From: an uncultured Acidobacteriota bacterium
GTDB lineage: Bacteria > Acidobacteriota > JAQAZP01
DNA length: 64,000 bases
Direction of reading: 5' to 3'
Assembly: GCA_963836075.1 (NCBI GenBank)
Contig: CAWIIB010000009.1
Location: 512,001-576,000, forward strand
The notes under the pieces were generated by a model. The model was not told where the DNA came from. It searched no databases and was given only the letters and a program-made list of their open reading frames with translations. This document shows positions 40,589-53,110 of this stretch, in pieces. Positions within the stretch are counted from its first letter, which is position 1. The number at the start of each line of letters is the position of its first letter. Made by a program: the position numbers and the translations under genes.

Positions 40589-41095
40589 ATGACTATCGAG
40601 GAAGCGATCAAGACGGCCATCGAGTATGAAGTGAAGGTCAAGAACGTTTATGCGGAAGCGGTGAAGGTGGCCGGCAACGACGTCGGGCTGCGGGTCTTCA
40701 GCGTCCTGGCCCGGGAAGAACAGGGTCACGTGGATTACCTGCACTTCAAGCTCGAGGAACTGCACAAGACCGGCACGGTGAGCTCCGACGATCTGGAGAC
40801 GGCCATCCCGTCCCCCGCGGCCATCAATATCGCGGTGGAAAAACTGGAGAACAAGATGGCCGCCGACGACCGGGGCGCCGAGCTGGAGATGCTGCGCAAG
40901 GCCCTGGAGGTGGAAATCGAGACCAGCAACTACTACCAGGAACTGGTCAACACCCTCGAACCCGTGGGACAGAAGTTCTTCAAACGCTTCCTCGAAATCG
41001 AGGAAGGCCACCAGGCGATCATCCGGGCCGAGATCGACTCGCTCAATGGCAGCGGTTTCTGGTTCGACATCCCCGAATTCGACCTCGAGCACTGA
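40589..41095 (+). CDS. Ferritin/rubrerythrin-family protein
   Basis: AIEYE, EEQGH, ALEVE, EEGH. Confidence 0.85.
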   Translation: MTIEEAIKTAIEYEVKVKNVYAEAVKVAGNDVGLRVFSVLAREEQGHVDYLHFKLEELHKTGTVSSDDLETAIPSPAAINIAVEKLENKMAADDRGAELEMLRKALEVEIETSNYYQELVNTLEPVGQKFFKRFLEIEEGHQAIIRAEIDSLNGSGFWFDIPEFDLEH

Positions 41096-41146
41096 CCGGC
41101 CGCGCCGATCCGTTCGGCGCCCACCGGTTTATTACAGGAACAAGCG

Positions 41147-41659
41147 ATGAACAGCAAAACAATGAGTCTCGAAGAAGGGCTGCGGCGGGCCATCGAGGCC
41201 GAGATCGACGGCTACCACTTCTACATGATGGCCGCCAGCAAGTGCGAAGACCCCAAGGGCTGTGAGGTCTTCGAGCAGATGGCCCAGGAAGAGCTGGAGC
41301 ATGTCCGCTTCCTGCGGGCGCAGTATTCTGCCGTCGAAAAGGAAGGCAAGCCGAGCCAGTCGGTGAGACTGGCGGGCCAGGCGCGGCTCGACGCGATGAG
41401 CCCCATTTTCTCGGACAAGATCAAGGGCCGGCTCAAGGATGCGCACTTCGAGATGAGCGCCCTCTCCATCGCCGTCCAGATGGAACTCTCCGCGGTGAAC
41501 TTCTACCGTGACCGGGCCGCCGAATCGGACGATGACACGGTGAAAGATTTCTTCAGCGAACTGTCCAAGTGGGAATCTGGGCACTACAACGCCCTGCTCA
41601 ACCAGCAGCAGGCGCTGAAAGAGGACTACTGGGCGGACGGCGGATTCTCCCCCTTCTAG
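41147..41659 (+). CDS. Ferritin/rubrerythrin-family protein
   Basis: AIEAE..FY, EELEH, AVQME..FY, WESGH. Confidence 0.87.
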   Translation: MNSKTMSLEEGLRRAIEAEIDGYHFYMMAASKCEDPKGCEVFEQMAQEELEHVRFLRAQYSAVEKEGKPSQSVRLAGQARLDAMSPIFSDKIKGRLKDAHFEMSALSIAVQMELSAVNFYRDRAAESDDDTVKDFFSELSKWESGHYNALLNQQQALKEDYWADGGFSPF

Positions 41660-41667
41660 GTGCGACG

Positions 41668-42369
41668 ATGAGTACAGCAGACGCCGGCACCGCGGCCCGC
41701 CGCGGAGAGTCGCGCCACGTGCGGCAAAAGAGACTGCTGAGGGATCTCCTGGAAAAACGCGACCGGGAGGGCCTCGTCGCCTGGGCCGACGGGCGCAAGA
41801 AGGGCATCACCGCCCTGCTGGCGCTGCTGCTCTATGAAACGGACGAACTGATCCGCTGGCGCTGCATCGAGGGTCTGGGCCTGCTGGCCAGGGACCAGGC
41901 GCCACGGGGACTGGAGCAGATCCGGGACATCATCCGCCGGTTGCTCTGGATGATGAACGACGAAAGCGGAAATGTGGGTTGGTTCGCCCCCGAGGCCATT
42001 GGAGAAATCCTGGCCAACGTGCCCCGGCTGGCCAGGGAATTTGCCGATCTGCTGCCCAATTTTCTGGTGGAAGAGCCTTTTGAACGGGGCACCCACTGGG
42101 CCATGGTGCGAGTGGCCGTGGCGCTGGGCGACAGTCCTTCCGGGCAAAAAATGCTCGAAGAAGGCGCGGAAAATCTTTTACAATCGTTGAAGGACAAGGA
42201 TGCTTTCACCCGCGCCCACGCGGCCCTGGCCCTCGAACGGCTGGGCCGGCTCACCGGCGCACCGGCAGCGGCCCTGGAAAACGACCAGGCGCCGCTCTCG
42301 GTCTACGACTTCGACACCGGTCAGATGATCGACACCACTGTGGCCGGTTTGCTTGGGGGACGTACATGA
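41668..42369 (+). CDS. HEAT/PBS-lyase-like protein (DVU0298-like)
   Basis: RRLLWMMNDESGNVGWFAPEAIGEI motif. Confidence 0.75.
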   Translation: MSTADAGTAARRGESRHVRQKRLLRDLLEKRDREGLVAWADGRKKGITALLALLLYETDELIRWRCIEGLGLLARDQAPRGLEQIRDIIRRLLWMMNDESGNVGWFAPEAIGEILANVPRLAREFADLLPNFLVEEPFERGTHWAMVRVAVALGDSPSGQKMLEEGAENLLQSLKDKDAFTRAHAALALERLGRLTGAPAAALENDQAPLSVYDFDTGQMIDTTVAGLLGGRT

Positions 42370-42422
42370 ATATATGAATTTTTCTTGCTCCGCCAAAAAT
42401 TCATATATTCATGTACGTCCCC
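42356..42422. repeat. Palindromic element, copy B
   Basis: GGGGACGTACATGAATATATGAATTTTT..AAAAATTCATATATTCATGTACGTCCCC; contains the upstream gene's stop codon. Confidence 0.85.
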
Positions 42423-42449
42423 GGGAACTGATACAGAGAGGACCAGTAG

Positions 42450-43541
42450 ATGCCACTGGAAGAAATCGGAAAATACAGCGTCAGCCGCCTGCAGGTGCTC
42501 GACGAGCAAGGCAAGGTGGATCCCGAGCTGGAGCCGAAACTCAGCGACGAACAGCTGATGTGGCTCTACCGCAACATGCTGAAGACCAGAAGAGGCGACG
42601 AGCGGATGCTCAAGCTGCAGCGCCAGGGCCGCATCGGGACCTTCGGCCCCTGCACCGGCCAGGAGGCCTCGATCTGCGGTACTGCACTGGCCATGGACGA
42701 AAAGGACTGGCTGGTCGGCTCCTTCCGTGAGAACGGCGCCCGGATGATGCGGGGCGAGCCGCTGATCAACCAGATGGCCTATTTTAACGGGTTCGAAGAA
42801 GGCAACTACTTCGAGGGGATGAACCGCATCACCCCGGTATCGGTCATCGTCGGGGCGCAGCTGCTCCACGCCACCGGCATCGCCTACGCCGCACGGTACA
42901 AGGGCGAAACCGAAACGGCCGTGGTGGCGTTCACCGGTGACGGCGGCACTTCGGAGGGCGACTTCCACGAAGCGCTGAATTTCGCCACTGTCTGGCAGGT
43001 GCCGGTGGTGTTCATCATCCAGAACAACCACTGGGCCATCTCCCACCCGCGGTCGAAACAGACCCACGCCAGGTCCTTTGCCCAGAAGGCCATCGGCTAC
43101 GACATGCCCGGCATCCAGGTGGACGGCATGGACGCGCTGGCCATGTATCGCGCAGTGAAGGAAGGCCTGGACCGGGCCCGCACCGGAGGCGGCCCGTCGC
43201 TGATCGAATCCGACTGCTACCGACTGATGATGCACACCACCGCCGACGACCCGACCAAGTATCGTGACGAGGCCGAGGTGGAAGCCGCCTGGAAACGGGA
43301 GCCGCTGATCCGCTTCAAGGCCTACCTTGAAAACAAGGGGCTCCTCGACGAAAAGGGCCAGGAAAAGATGGAAGGGGAGATCAAGGCTGAAATCGAAGCC
43401 ACGGTCAAGGAACTGGACCAGTGGAAGGGGGGCCCCGTCGATGCACCCTTCGAGCATGCCTTCGCCCACAAGCACCCGGAGATCGAGATGCAGCAGGCCG
43501 AATTCCTCGATCACCTGAGAAAGGAGGGCGCCAATGGCTAA
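42450..43541 (+). CDS. pdhA: 2-oxoacid (pyruvate-type) dehydrogenase E1 alpha
   Basis: [15 protein letters not shown] motif [12 protein letters not shown]...QNN, HTTADDP. Confidence 0.88.
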   Translation: MPLEEIGKYSVSRLQVLDEQGKVDPELEPKLSDEQLMWLYRNMLKTRRGDERMLKLQRQGRIGTFGPCTGQEASICGTALAMDEKDWLVGSFRENGARMMRGEPLINQMAYFNGFEEGNYFEGMNRITPVSVIVGAQLLHATGIAYAARYKGETETAVVAFTGDGGTSEGDFHEALNFATVWQVPVVFIIQNNHWAISHPRSKQTHARSFAQKAIGYDMPGIQVDGMDALAMYRAVKEGLDRARTGGGPSLIESDCYRLMMHTTADDPTKYRDEAEVEAAWKREPLIRFKAYLENKGLLDEKGQEKMEGEIKAEIEATVKELDQWKGGPVDAPFEHAFAHKHPEIEMQQAEFLDHLRKEGANG

Positions 43542-44515
43542 GCTGAATATGGTCCAGGCGCTGAACCTGGCGATGGCCCAGGAGATGGCCAGAGACAAGG
43601 ACGTGGTGATCATGGGCGAGGACGTTGGTGTGGACGGCGGCGTGTTCCGCGTCACCGACGGCCTGCTGGACACCTTCGGCGAGGAGCGGGTAATCGACAC
43701 GCCGCTGGCCGAGTCGGGCATCGTCGGTACCGCCATCGGCATGGCCATGGCCGGCCTCAAACCGGTGGCCGAAATCCAGTTTTCCGGATTCGCTTTCCTG
43801 ATGTTCCACCAGCATCGAGGGGCACGCTTCCCGCTTTCGCTCCCGGACCCATGGCCACTTGACGGTGCCGATGGTGGTCCGCATGCCTTACGGCGGCAAG
43901 GTTCGGGCCCTGGAACACCACTCGGAAAGCAAGGAAGCCACCTACGCCCATCTGCCGGGTCTGAAGGTGGTCATCCCCTCGACCCCGCGCAATGCCCGGG
44001 CGCTGCTGCTGGCCGCCATTCGCGACCCGGACACCGTGATCTTCATGGAGCCCAAGCGCTCCTACCGCGCCTTCCGCGAGGAAGTGCCGGAGGAGGAAGA
44101 GGTGATGGAGATCGGTAAGGCCCAGATCGTGGAAGAGGGCACCGACCTCACCGTCATTTCCTGGGGCGCCATGATGCGGCCCACCATCGCGGCCGTGGAG
44201 CAGGTGAAAGAAAAGCGCGGGACAAGCATCGAACTGATCGACCTGCTGACCATGGCCCCGATGGACGGGGCGACCCTCGTCGAGTCGGTGCGTAAGACCG
44301 GCCGCTGCGTGGTGGTCCAGGAGGCGGCCCGCTCCTGCAGCATCTCCTCTGAAATCATCGCCCGGATCAACGACCGTGAACTGCTCTACCTCGAGGCGCC
44401 GGTGAAGCGGGTCACCGGATATGACGTGGTCACCCCGTACTTTGCGCGCGAGGAGGCCTATATCCCCGGGCCGGAGCGGATCGTTCGGGGCATCGAGGAA
44501 ACCCTCGACTTTTAG
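43534..44515 (+). CDS. pdhB: 2-oxoacid dehydrogenase E1 beta (frameshift near 43813)
   Basis: [26 protein letters not shown], then EHHSES, EPKR in the next frame. Confidence 0.85.
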
Positions 44516-44524
44516 GAGGTCACC

Positions 44525-45883
44525 GTGTACGAGTTCATACTGCCCGATCTGGGTGAAGGCATCCACGAAGCCGAGATTCTCAAGTGGTATGTCCAGGCCG
44601 GCGACACCATCGTCGAGGACGAGCCGCTGGTGGATCTCGAGACGGACAAGGCCGCGGTCACCATCCCCTCTCCCAAGGGCGGGACCGTGCAGTCCCTGGC
44701 CGGTAAGGTGGGGGACATCGTCAACGTCGGCAACGTGCTGGCGGTGATCGACGATGGGAGCGGCGCCGCAGCCGCGCCGCCTGCCGAAGTGAAGGAAGAG
44801 GCGCCGGCCGCGGAACCGGCTGCGGCAGCGGCCGCACCCGAACCGGCACCTGCGGCAGCCCAAACGCCCGCCCCGCCGGCAGCCCCGGCGGCCGCGGTGA
44901 CGGGTCCGGTGCCCGCCGCACCGGCCACGCGCCGCCTGGCCCGTGAGCTGGGGGTGGAAATCAACCTGGTGCCGCCCACGGGGCCGGCCGGCCGGGTGAC
45001 CCCGGAGGACGTGCGCCGCTTTGCCGAGGGCGGTGTCGCCGACCCGGCCGACCTCCACGTGGAGGTCAAGGCCAAAGATGTTGGCGATGACGAGCGGGCG
45101 CTCAAGGAGTTCGCGGCCCACGCCGCCTCCACCATCCCGCTGCTCGACCTCGAGCCGCTGCCCGACTTCAGCAAGTGGGGCCCGGTGGAAACGGAACAGC
45201 TCCGTTCCATCCGCCGCAAGGTGGCACGGAAAATGGTCACCTCGATGATCCTGGTGCCCCACGTGGCCCACATGGACGAGGCCGACGTCACCCTGCTCGA
45301 GGAATTCCGCAAACGGGAGAAGGATCGCCGGGCGGGTACGCCGGGCGGACACCTGACCCTGCTGGCCTTCATCGTCAAGGCGGTCACCGCGGGCTTGCGG
45401 GCGGCCAAGGCCTTCAACGCCAGCCTCGACCCGTTCAAGGAGGAGATCACCTACAAGAAGTACTACAACATCGGCGTGGCCGTGGACTCGGGCAAGGGAC
45501 TGGTGGTCCCGGTGATCAAGGATACCGACCGCAAGAGCATCATCCAGATCGCGAAGGAGATCGAGGACCTTGCCCTGCGGGCCCGCGAGGGCAAGCTGGA
45601 GGTGGACGAGCTGCGCGGCGGCACGTTCACCATCACCAACGTCGGGCCGCTGGGCGGCACGGCAATGATCCCCACCATCAACTATCCCGAGGTGGCGATC
45701 CTCGGTATGGGCAGGGCCCAGCAGAAGCCGGTGGTCAGGGACGGCGAGATCGTGATCCGCACCCTGCTTCCCCTTACCCTGGCCTTCGACCACCGGATCG
45801 CCGACGGCGCCGACGCGGCGCGGTTCGTAACCGAGATGGTCCGCCAGCTGGCCGATCCGAACCTGTTGTTACTGGAGACCTAG
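44525..45883 (+). CDS. pdhC: Dihydrolipoamide acyltransferase E2
   Basis: Lipoyl ETDKA, Ala/Pro linker, PATRRLARELG, DHRIADG. Confidence 0.9.
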   Translation: MYEFILPDLGEGIHEAEILKWYVQAGDTIVEDEPLVDLETDKAAVTIPSPKGGTVQSLAGKVGDIVNVGNVLAVIDDGSGAAAAPPAEVKEEAPAAEPAAAAAAPEPAPAAAQTPAPPAAPAAAVTGPVPAAPATRRLARELGVEINLVPPTGPAGRVTPEDVRRFAEGGVADPADLHVEVKAKDVGDDERALKEFAAHAASTIPLLDLEPLPDFSKWGPVETEQLRSIRRKVARKMVTSMILVPHVAHMDEADVTLLEEFRKREKDRRAGTPGGHLTLLAFIVKAVTAGLRAAKAFNASLDPFKEEITYKKYYNIGVAVDSGKGLVVPVIKDTDRKSIIQIAKEIEDLALRAREGKLEVDELRGGTFTITNVGPLGGTAMIPTINYPEVAILGMGRAQQKPVVRDGEIVIRTLLPLTLAFDHRIADGADAARFVTEMVRQLADPNLLLLET

Positions 45884-45911
45884 AAGCCTTCTCAAAAGTG
45901 GAGACCGAAAA

Positions 45912-47325
45912 ATGGTAATGGGCAGCCTGCGAGAGGAAACCGAACTGCTGGTCATCGGCGCCGGCCCCGGCGGTTACGTGGCGGCGATCCGCGCCGCCGA
46001 CCTGGGCCGGGAGGTGACGCTGGTGGAGGAGCGGGAGCAGTTGGGCGGCGTCTGTCTCATCGAGGGCTGCATCCCCTCCAAGGCGCTGATCAGTGCCGTG
46101 GAAGTGGCCGAATCGGCCAAGGCCGCCGAGCGGATGGGTCTCACTTTCGGCGAACCATCCCAGGACCTGTTCAAGCTCCGCCAGTGGAAGGACTCGGTGG
46201 TGGACGGCCTCACCGGTGGTATCCGCGGCCTGCTCAAACGGCGCGGCGTGCGAGGTGATTCAGGGCCGGGCCCGCTTCGACGGCAAGAACTCGGTGGCCA
46301 TCGAGGGCGGTTCCGGTGTGGATTTCAAGAACTGCATCATCGCCACCGGTTCGCGGATCAACCAGCTGCCCCCGGGATACGACCTGCCGCTCTGGTCCTC
46401 TGCCGAAGCGCTGACCCTGCCCGAAGTGCCGGAACGGCTGCTGGTGGTGGGCGGCGGGTATATCGGCATGGAGATGGGGCTGGTCTACGCCGGCCTGGGC
46501 TCACAGGTGACCATGGTGGAACTCTTCCCCCGTTTGCTGATGGGCGCTGACGAGGACCTGGTGGAAGTGGTGGTGAAGAGCTGCGCCGAGAAGTTCGAGG
46601 CGGTGCTCCTGGAGTCGAAGGTCGTTGCCGTGGAACGCGCGGAAAACGGGTACGCGGTGACCATCTCCCACGAGGGCGAGGAAAAGAAGAAGGAGTTCGA
46701 CCAGGTGCTGGTGGCCATCGGCCGGCGCCCGAACACCGACGACATCGGCCTGGAAAAAGCCGGACTGTCCACCAACGACCAGGGGCTGATCGAGGTCACC
46801 GCCGAAGGGCGCACCGCGGTGCCCCACATTTTCGCCATCGGCGACGTGGTGCCGGGGCCGGCCCTGGCCCACAAGGCCAGCCGCGAGGCCAAGGTGGCCG
46901 CCGAGGTGATCTCGGGTCTCAAATCATCCTTTGACAACCGGGCGGTGCCGGCGGTGGTCTTCACCCACCCGGAGCTGGCCTGGACCGGGATCACCGAGCG
47001 TGAAGCGAAAGAGGCGGGACGCCCGCTCACCGTGGGCAAATTCCCCCTGCGCGCCCTGGGCCGGGCCTGGACCATGGGCCAGACCGAGGGTTTCGTCAAG
47101 GTGATGTCCGACCCGGAGACGAACCTGTTGCTGGGGGTGGGCATGGTGGGCCCCCACGCCTCGGAACTGATCGCCGAGGCCACCCTGGCCATCGAGATGG
47201 GGGCGACGCTGGAAGACCTGCTGGTCACCATCCACCCCCACCCCACCCTCTCCGAAGCGCTGATGGAAGCGGCGGAAGCGGCGGCCGGGGAGGCAGTGCA
47301 CATCAACCCGCCGCGGAAGAAATGA
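45912..47325 (+). CDS. lpdA: Dihydrolipoyl dehydrogenase E3 (frameshift near 46251)
   Basis: GAGPGGY, GGVCLIEGCIPSK, GGGYIG, HPHPTLSE. Confidence 0.9.
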
Positions 47326-47984
47326 TCCGTCCGCCGCGGGAGAACGTGGCGGGTCTGTCCATCGGGGCCTACGACCTGGACGACCCGCTGATCGAGGCCA
47401 CCATGGCCGACCGCCGGCCCAGGCATCGCCTGTACCGGCCGGATGGTGTGCAGGTGGTACTGGGCCGGGGCAGCCGGCCGGAGAAAGAACTGAATAGGGC
47501 GGCCTGCCTGGAAGACCGGGTGACCGTGCTGCGGCGCCACGGCGGCGGCTGCACGGTGGTGCTCGACCCGGGGAACGTGATCGTTTCCGCGGTGCTGCCG
47601 GTAACCGGTTTTGGCGGGAATCCGGGGCACTTTGCCCGGCTCACCAGCTGGCTGATCGGCGGCCTGGAGCGGGCCGGGGTCAGCGGTGTTCGCCAGCGGG
47701 GGATCAGCGATCTGGCCCTTGGCGAACGGAAGGTCGGCGGGGCCTGTATCTACCGCAACCGGGATGTGCTGTTCTACTCGGTGACCCTGCTGGTGGAACC
47801 GGACACCGGGTTGATGGAGCGCTACCTGGCCCACCCGCCGCGGGAACCGGAGTACCGCCGGGGGAGATCCCATGCGGATTTCGTCACCTTGCTGGCCACG
47901 GAGTTCCCCGGGATCGGCGGGACGGCGGGCCTGGTGGAGAAACTGGAACGGGAACTCGACATCCCGGCCCTGACCGGGGGTTGA
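47322..47984 (+). CDS. Lipoate-protein ligase family protein
   Basis: RRHGGGCTV, SDLALGERKVGG, position after E3. Confidence 0.82.
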   Translation: MIRPPRENVAGLSIGAYDLDDPLIEATMADRRPRHRLYRPDGVQVVLGRGSRPEKELNRAACLEDRVTVLRRHGGGCTVVLDPGNVIVSAVLPVTGFGGNPGHFARLTSWLIGGLERAGVSGVRQRGISDLALGERKVGGACIYRNRDVLFYSVTLLVEPDTGLMERYLAHPPREPEYRRGRSHADFVTLLATEFPGIGGTAGLVEKLERELDIPALTGG

Positions 47985-48113
47985 ATCCCGATTATAAATA
48001 TATGATAAGCTGTTGGGCGTTCGAGAGGATGCGGATTAATAGATATCCCTGCCGGATCCACGAGTTCACGCCGAGTTTTAGTTGTTGAACTATATATATA
48101 CATTTAGTAGCTG

Positions 48114-48716
48114 ATGTTCAGTAAAAAATTCGATCGGCGAGTCTACATCGCCCTGGCAACGGTTCTGTTTGCCGTCACCGTGGGCGCCTCCTTCGGAGCC
48201 TACGTCCTCTGGCCGTCGCGGCGGGAGGCGGGGTATATGCCGGACCAGCCCATCGCCTACAACCACAAGATTCACGCCGGCGATCTGAAGATCGAGTGCC
48301 TCTATTGCCACACCGAAGCGGACCGCGGGCCCCACGCCACCGTCCCCCCCCTCTCCACCTGCATGAAGTGCCACGAGGAAGTGCAGACAAAGGACGCGGA
48401 GGGCAAACTCGAGGCGGAAACCGCCAAACTTCTCAAATACTGGGAAAAGCAGGAGCCGGTGCGTTGGAACAAGGTCAACGACGTGGCCGACTTCGTCTAT
48501 TTCGACCACAGCCGGCACATGACGGAAATCGCCGATCTCACCTGCCAGGAGTGCCACGGGCCGGTGGAGACCTTCGTGCACATGAAGCGGCAATACGGGC
48601 TCAAGATGAGCTGGTGCCTCGATTGCCACAAGGAATCATTGACCGAGGATGACCCGCGCCGTGCCACCGGGCAGAAAACCCGCGCGGCCATCCATTGCTC
48701 GGCATGCCACCGGTGA
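48114..48716 (+). CDS. actA: Alternative complex III pentaheme cytochrome c
   Basis: TM, PDQPIAYNHKIH, five CxxCH, DFVYFDHSRH. Confidence 0.9.
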   Translation: MFSKKFDRRVYIALATVLFAVTVGASFGAYVLWPSRREAGYMPDQPIAYNHKIHAGDLKIECLYCHTEADRGPHATVPPLSTCMKCHEEVQTKDAEGKLEAETAKLLKYWEKQEPVRWNKVNDVADFVYFDHSRHMTEIADLTCQECHGPVETFVHMKRQYGLKMSWCLDCHKESLTEDDPRRATGQKTRAAIHCSACHR

Positions 48717-48740
48717 GCGAAAAGAGCATCCAGGTGCCCC

Positions 48741-51731
48741 ATGAATAGAAGAAAAAATCAGCAGCAGGAACGGTGGGAACGGATCAGGGATGCCGAACTG
48801 CCCGCTCGCGAGGACAACCTCACCGCTCCGGATGAACTGAGCCGCCGCACGGTGCTCAAGGGGATGATGGCCGCCTCGGCAGCCCTGGCCTTCGGGGTCA
48901 CCGGCTGCGACCGTAAACCGCGGCGGCAGATCATCAGCCGCGCCCACCGGCCCGAGTTCCAGCCGCCGGCGGACTCGGTTTTCTATTCCTCCACCTGGTC
49001 CGGCGGGACCTACCCCTACGGGCTGATGGTCAAGACCGTGGGCGGGCGGCCGGTGAAGATCGAGGGCAGCCCCGAGCACCCGGTGAACGCCGGGTCCAGC
49101 AGCGCCCAGATTCAGGCAGACCTGCTCTCGCTCTACGACCCGGACCGCCTGCGCACGCCGCAACAGGGCGGGCAGGCATTGACCTGGGAGGAGGCCGACG
49201 CGCTGGTGGCCGAGGCCCTGCGGAGCGGCAACAAAACGGCGCTGGTCACCCGGTCTACCCTCGGCCCGTCGGAACGGGCGCTGGTGGCCCAGTTCCTCGA
49301 ACTCTGCCCCGGAGCGCGCCACTTTGTCCACGAAACGGCCCACGACGCTCCGCGTCGCAGCGCCTGGAACCGCTTCTACGGCGTCGAAGGCGAACCGCTA
49401 CCCCGCTTTGACAGGGCCCGGGTGATCCTCGGCCTCGACTGCGATTTCCTGGGCACCGATGGCGCGGTGCTGGAGAACATCCGCCGCTTTACCGAGGGGC
49501 GGATGTTGAATGAGGGCCACCCGGGCCAGACCCGGATGAGCCGTTTCTACGCTGTTGAATCGACGATGACGGTCACCGGCGGATGTGCCGACCACCGCCT
49601 GCGGCTGCTGCCCTCGGCCATGGCCCGGCTGGCCACGGCGCTCCGCGATGCCCTGGCCGGTGATGAAACGGCCCTGGATGCGCTGACCGACCTCCACGGC
49701 CTGGACCGCGTTCTGGTGGATGCCCTGCTGAACGACCTGCAGCAGAGCCGTGGTGCGGCCCTGGTGGTGGCCGGCGGCCACCTGCCCGAGGAAGCGCACA
49801 CGTCGGTGGCCTCGATCAACGCCATGCTGGAAGCCCCGGGGACAGCCCTGGAGTGGAACCCGGCGCCGGCGGCCCTGCCGGTGACCCCAGCGGCCGAGAT
49901 GGCGGCAGCGTTCCGAAACGGCATGGATGTGGCCATCTTCCTCGGTGTCAACCCGGTCTACGACTGGCCGGGAGGCGGCTTCGACGAGTTGCTGGACCGG
50001 GCCGCCCTCACCGTGGGGCACGGCCTTTACGCCGACGAGACGGTGTCAGGCTGTTCGCTCTCCCTGCCCAGCGCCCACACCCTCGAATCATGGAACGATG
50101 CGGAACCGCGGCCCGGCCTGGCCACCGTCTGCCAACCGGTGATCGCCCCGCTCTTCCAGGGCCGGCAGGAAGCGGAGTCTCTGCTCCGCTGGACCCAGGC
50201 CCTGGCGCCGGCGGACCACCCGGTGGCTGTCCACAAGGACTGGCACGACTACCTGAAACGGAACTGGCAGTCCCGAACCACCGTGGAGCCCCATGACTTC
50301 TACACCCCGGAGCAGGTGGCGGAGAAGGCTTGGGAAGAGGTGCTGCGCAGCGGCGGCATCATGGAGCAGACCGGGGCACCCTTCCCCATCATCGGCCTGA
50401 CCGAACCGGTCGAGGCGACGCCGGTGCCCACGGACAGCGGTTTCGAAGTGGTGATCCTGCCCCACAACGCGGTCCACGACGGACGCTACGCCAACAACGG
50501 CTGGCTCCAGGAACTGCCCGACCCGGTGAGCAAGCTGGTCTGGGACAACGCGGCCGCGGTCAGCCCGGCCACGGCCAGGGAGCTGGGCGTGGAGGAGGGG
50601 AACAACCTTTCCATCAAGGTGAAGGGAATGAGCATCACCGTTCCGGCGCTGATCCAGGCCGGCACCGCTGACGGTGTGGTGGTGCTGACCCTGGGACACG
50701 GCCGGACCCGCGGCGGCCAGGTGGCGGTGGAAGCCGCCGGGGTGAACGTCGCCCCGCTGCTCGGCGCCTCCGGCAGTTCTGCGCCGCGCCTGGTGACCGG
50801 CGCAGCGGTGAGCGCAGCCGGTGGCTCGGTGACCCTGGTGCGGACCCAGAAGCAGTTCGACCAGCATGACCGGCACATTGTCCGGGACACCTCGCTGGAA
50901 AAATGGGCGCGAAACCCCAAGGTGATCCAGGAGAGCCGGCACCTGCCCGACCCGGAATTCGACCTCTACGAGCCGGTGGACTACTCCAAGGGCCACAAGT
51001 GGGCCCTGGCCGTGGACCTCAACAGCTGTGTCGGCTGCGGCATCTGCGTCACCGCCTGCCAGGCGGAGAACAACATCCCCATCGTGGGCAAGGAGCAGTG
51101 CGGCAACGGGCGCGAGATGCACTGGTTGCGGCTGGACCGCTACCACGAGGGCGAACCGGAGAACCCCACGGTGCAGCAGCAACCGATGCTCTGCCAGCAC
51201 TGCGACAACGCACCGTGCGAGAATGTCTGCCCGGTGAACGCCACCAACCACAGCCCCGAGGGCCTGAACGACATGGCCTACAACCGCTGCGTGGGCACCC
51301 GCTACTGTTCGAACAACTGCCCCTACAAGGTGCGGCGGTTCAACTTCTTCCGCTTCCAGCAGGAACGCCTGCGGGACCCGGTCCAGGAACTGGTCTTCAA
51401 CCCCCAGGTGACGGTGCGCGGCGTGGGGGTTATGGAGAAGTGCACCTTCTGCGTGCAGCGGATCAACGCCGCAAAGCACCAGGCCATGGTGGCCGGACGG
51501 GAACTGGCCGAGGGCGAGATCCAGACCGCCTGCCAGCAGGCGTGCCCGGCCCGAGCCATCGCTTTTGGCGATGTCAATCGCCAGAAAGACGCCGTAACCC
51601 GGGCGCGGGAATCAAACCGCGCCTACCACGTGCTGGAAGAACTGAACGTGAAACCAAACGTCACCTACCAGGCGCGGATACGCAACCGCGCGGTGGATGA
51701 CCACACATCTGACAAGGATGGCCATCACTGA
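48741..51731 (+). CDS. actB: Alternative complex III molybdopterin-like/Fe-S subunit
   Basis: Tat motif [33 protein letters not shown]-terminal Fe-S motifs, [12 protein letters not shown]. Confidence 0.93.
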   Translation: MNRRKNQQQERWERIRDAELPAREDNLTAPDELSRRTVLKGMMAASAALAFGVTGCDRKPRRQIISRAHRPEFQPPADSVFYSSTWSGGTYPYGLMVKTVGGRPVKIEGSPEHPVNAGSSSAQIQADLLSLYDPDRLRTPQQGGQALTWEEADALVAEALRSGNKTALVTRSTLGPSERALVAQFLELCPGARHFVHETAHDAPRRSAWNRFYGVEGEPLPRFDRARVILGLDCDFLGTDGAVLENIRRFTEGRMLNEGHPGQTRMSRFYAVESTMTVTGGCADHRLRLLPSAMARLATALRDALAGDETALDALTDLHGLDRVLVDALLNDLQQSRGAALVVAGGHLPEEAHTSVASINAMLEAPGTALEWNPAPAALPVTPAAEMAAAFRNGMDVAIFLGVNPVYDWPGGGFDELLDRAALTVGHGLYADETVSGCSLSLPSAHTLESWNDAEPRPGLATVCQPVIAPLFQGRQEAESLLRWTQALAPADHPVAVHKDWHDYLKRNWQSRTTVEPHDFYTPEQVAEKAWEEVLRSGGIMEQTGAPFPIIGLTEPVEATPVPTDSGFEVVILPHNAVHDGRYANNGWLQELPDPVSKLVWDNAAAVSPATARELGVEEGNNLSIKVKGMSITVPALIQAGTADGVVVLTLGHGRTRGGQVAVEAAGVNVAPLLGASGSSAPRLVTGAAVSAAGGSVTLVRTQKQFDQHDRHIVRDTSLEKWARNPKVIQESRHLPDPEFDLYEPVDYSKGHKWALAVDLNSCVGCGICVTACQAENNIPIVGKEQCGNGREMHWLRLDRYHEGEPENPTVQQQPMLCQHCDNAPCENVCPVNATNHSPEGLNDMAYNRCVGTRYCSNNCPYKVRRFNFFRFQQERLRDPVQELVFNPQVTVRGVGVMEKCTFCVQRINAAKHQAMVAGRELAEGEIQTACQQACPARAIAFGDVNRQKDAVTRARESNRAYHVLEELNVKPNVTYQARIRNRAVDDHTSDKDGHH

Positions 51732-53110
51732 TGAGTGAGAGCCGATCAGCACTGTCGCCGCTGGGCCTGTTCACCACCAGGGTGGACGCCCGCCGTATCG
51801 ACGAGGACGTCTACCGCCCGGTGGAATCGTTCCCCACCGGCCGCTGGTGGGCCGCCATCTCGGTGACCAGCGTCATGGCCCTGATCTTTGTCATCAGCGT
51901 CGGGCACACCGTGATCCGGGGCATCGGCACCTGGGGCAACAACGTGCCGGTGGGCTGGGGCTGGGCCATTGTCAACTTCGTCTTCTGGATCGGCATCGGC
52001 CATGCCGGCACGCTGATCTCGGCGATCCTCTTCCTGCTGCGCCAGCGCTGGCGCACCGGCATTGCCCGTTTCGCCGAGGCGATGACCATCTTTGCCGTGA
52101 TCTGTGCCCTGCAGTTCCCGCTGATCCACACCGGGCGGCCCTGGCTGGCCATGTTCTGGCTGATCCCCTACCCCAACGGGCAGGGCATCTACCAGAACTT
52201 CCGTTCGCCCCTGGAGTGGGACGTCTTCGCCGTCTCGACCTACGGCCTGGTCTCGCTGCTCTTCTGGTTCACCGGGCTGATCCCCGATCTGGCCAGCGCC
52301 CGGGACCGGGCGACCCACCCGTTCCGCAAGTTCGCCTACGGACTGCTCAGCCTCGGCTGGAACGGCAGCAACCGCGGGTGGAGCCACTATGAAAAGGCCT
52401 ACCTGCTCTTCGCCGGCCTCTCCACGCCGCTGGTCCTTTCGGTGCACAGCATCGTCTCCTTCGACTTTGCCGTGGCGGTGATGCCGGGCTGGCACACCAC
52501 CATCTTTCCGCCATACTTCGTCGCCGGCGCCATCTTCAGCGGGTTCGCCATGGTGGCCACGCTGATCATCATCATGCGCAAGATGTTCCGGCTGCAGCAC
52601 CTGATCACCGACAACCACCTGGAGCTGATGAACAAGATCATCATCGTCACCTCGATGATGGTCGGCTACGCCTACGCCATGGAGTTTTTCATCGCCTGGT
52701 ACAGCGGGGTGGCCTACGAGCGGTTCGTCTTCCTCAACCGGGCCATGGGCCCCTACGCCTGGGCCTACTGGATCATGGTCACCTGCAACGTGATCGTGCC
52801 CCAGCTTCTCTGGTTCAAGAAGATCCGCCGCACGGTGCTGCTGATGTACCCCATCGTGCTGCTGGTCAACGTGGGGATGTGGTTCGAGCGTTTCGTCATC
52901 GTGGTCACCAGCCTGCACCGCGATTACCTCCCTTCCAGCTGGGACTATTTCCGACCCACCTGGACCGATGTCGGGTTGCTGGTGGGGAGTTTCGGGCTCT
53001 TCCTGACCCTGATGCTGCTCTTCTGCCGTTTCCTGCCCACCATCGCCACGGCGGAGCTGAAGGCGGTGGCGCCCGGGGCGCAGCCGTCCCACGGAGGGAG
53101 CCATGACTGA
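51731..53110 (+). CDS. actC: Alternative complex III NrfD-type quinol-binding subunit
   Basis: [39 protein letters not shown]. Confidence 0.93.
   Translation: MSESRSALSPLGLFTTRVDARRIDEDVYRPVESFPTGRWWAAISVTSVMALIFVISVGHTVIRGIGTWGNNVPVGWGWAIVNFVFWIGIGHAGTLISAILFLLRQRWRTGIARFAEAMTIFAVICALQFPLIHTGRPWLAMFWLIPYPNGQGIYQNFRSPLEWDVFAVSTYGLVSLLFWFTGLIPDLASARDRATHPFRKFAYGLLSLGWNGSNRGWSHYEKAYLLFAGLSTPLVLSVHSIVSFDFAVAVMPGWHTTIFPPYFVAGAIFSGFAMVATLIIIMRKMFRLQHLITDNHLELMNKIIIVTSMMVGYAYAMEFFIAWYSGVAYERFVFLNRAMGPYAWAYWIMVTCNVIVPQLLWFKKIRRTVLLMYPIVLLVNVGMWFERFVIVVTSLHRDYLPSSWDYFRPTWTDVGLLVGSFGLFLTLMLLFCRFLPTIATAELKAVAPGAQPSHGGSHD

Noticed and set aside
43800-46260. Programmed frameshifting in E1 beta and E3
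   Set aside because: No slippery sequences; same single-insertion pattern as elsewhere in the window
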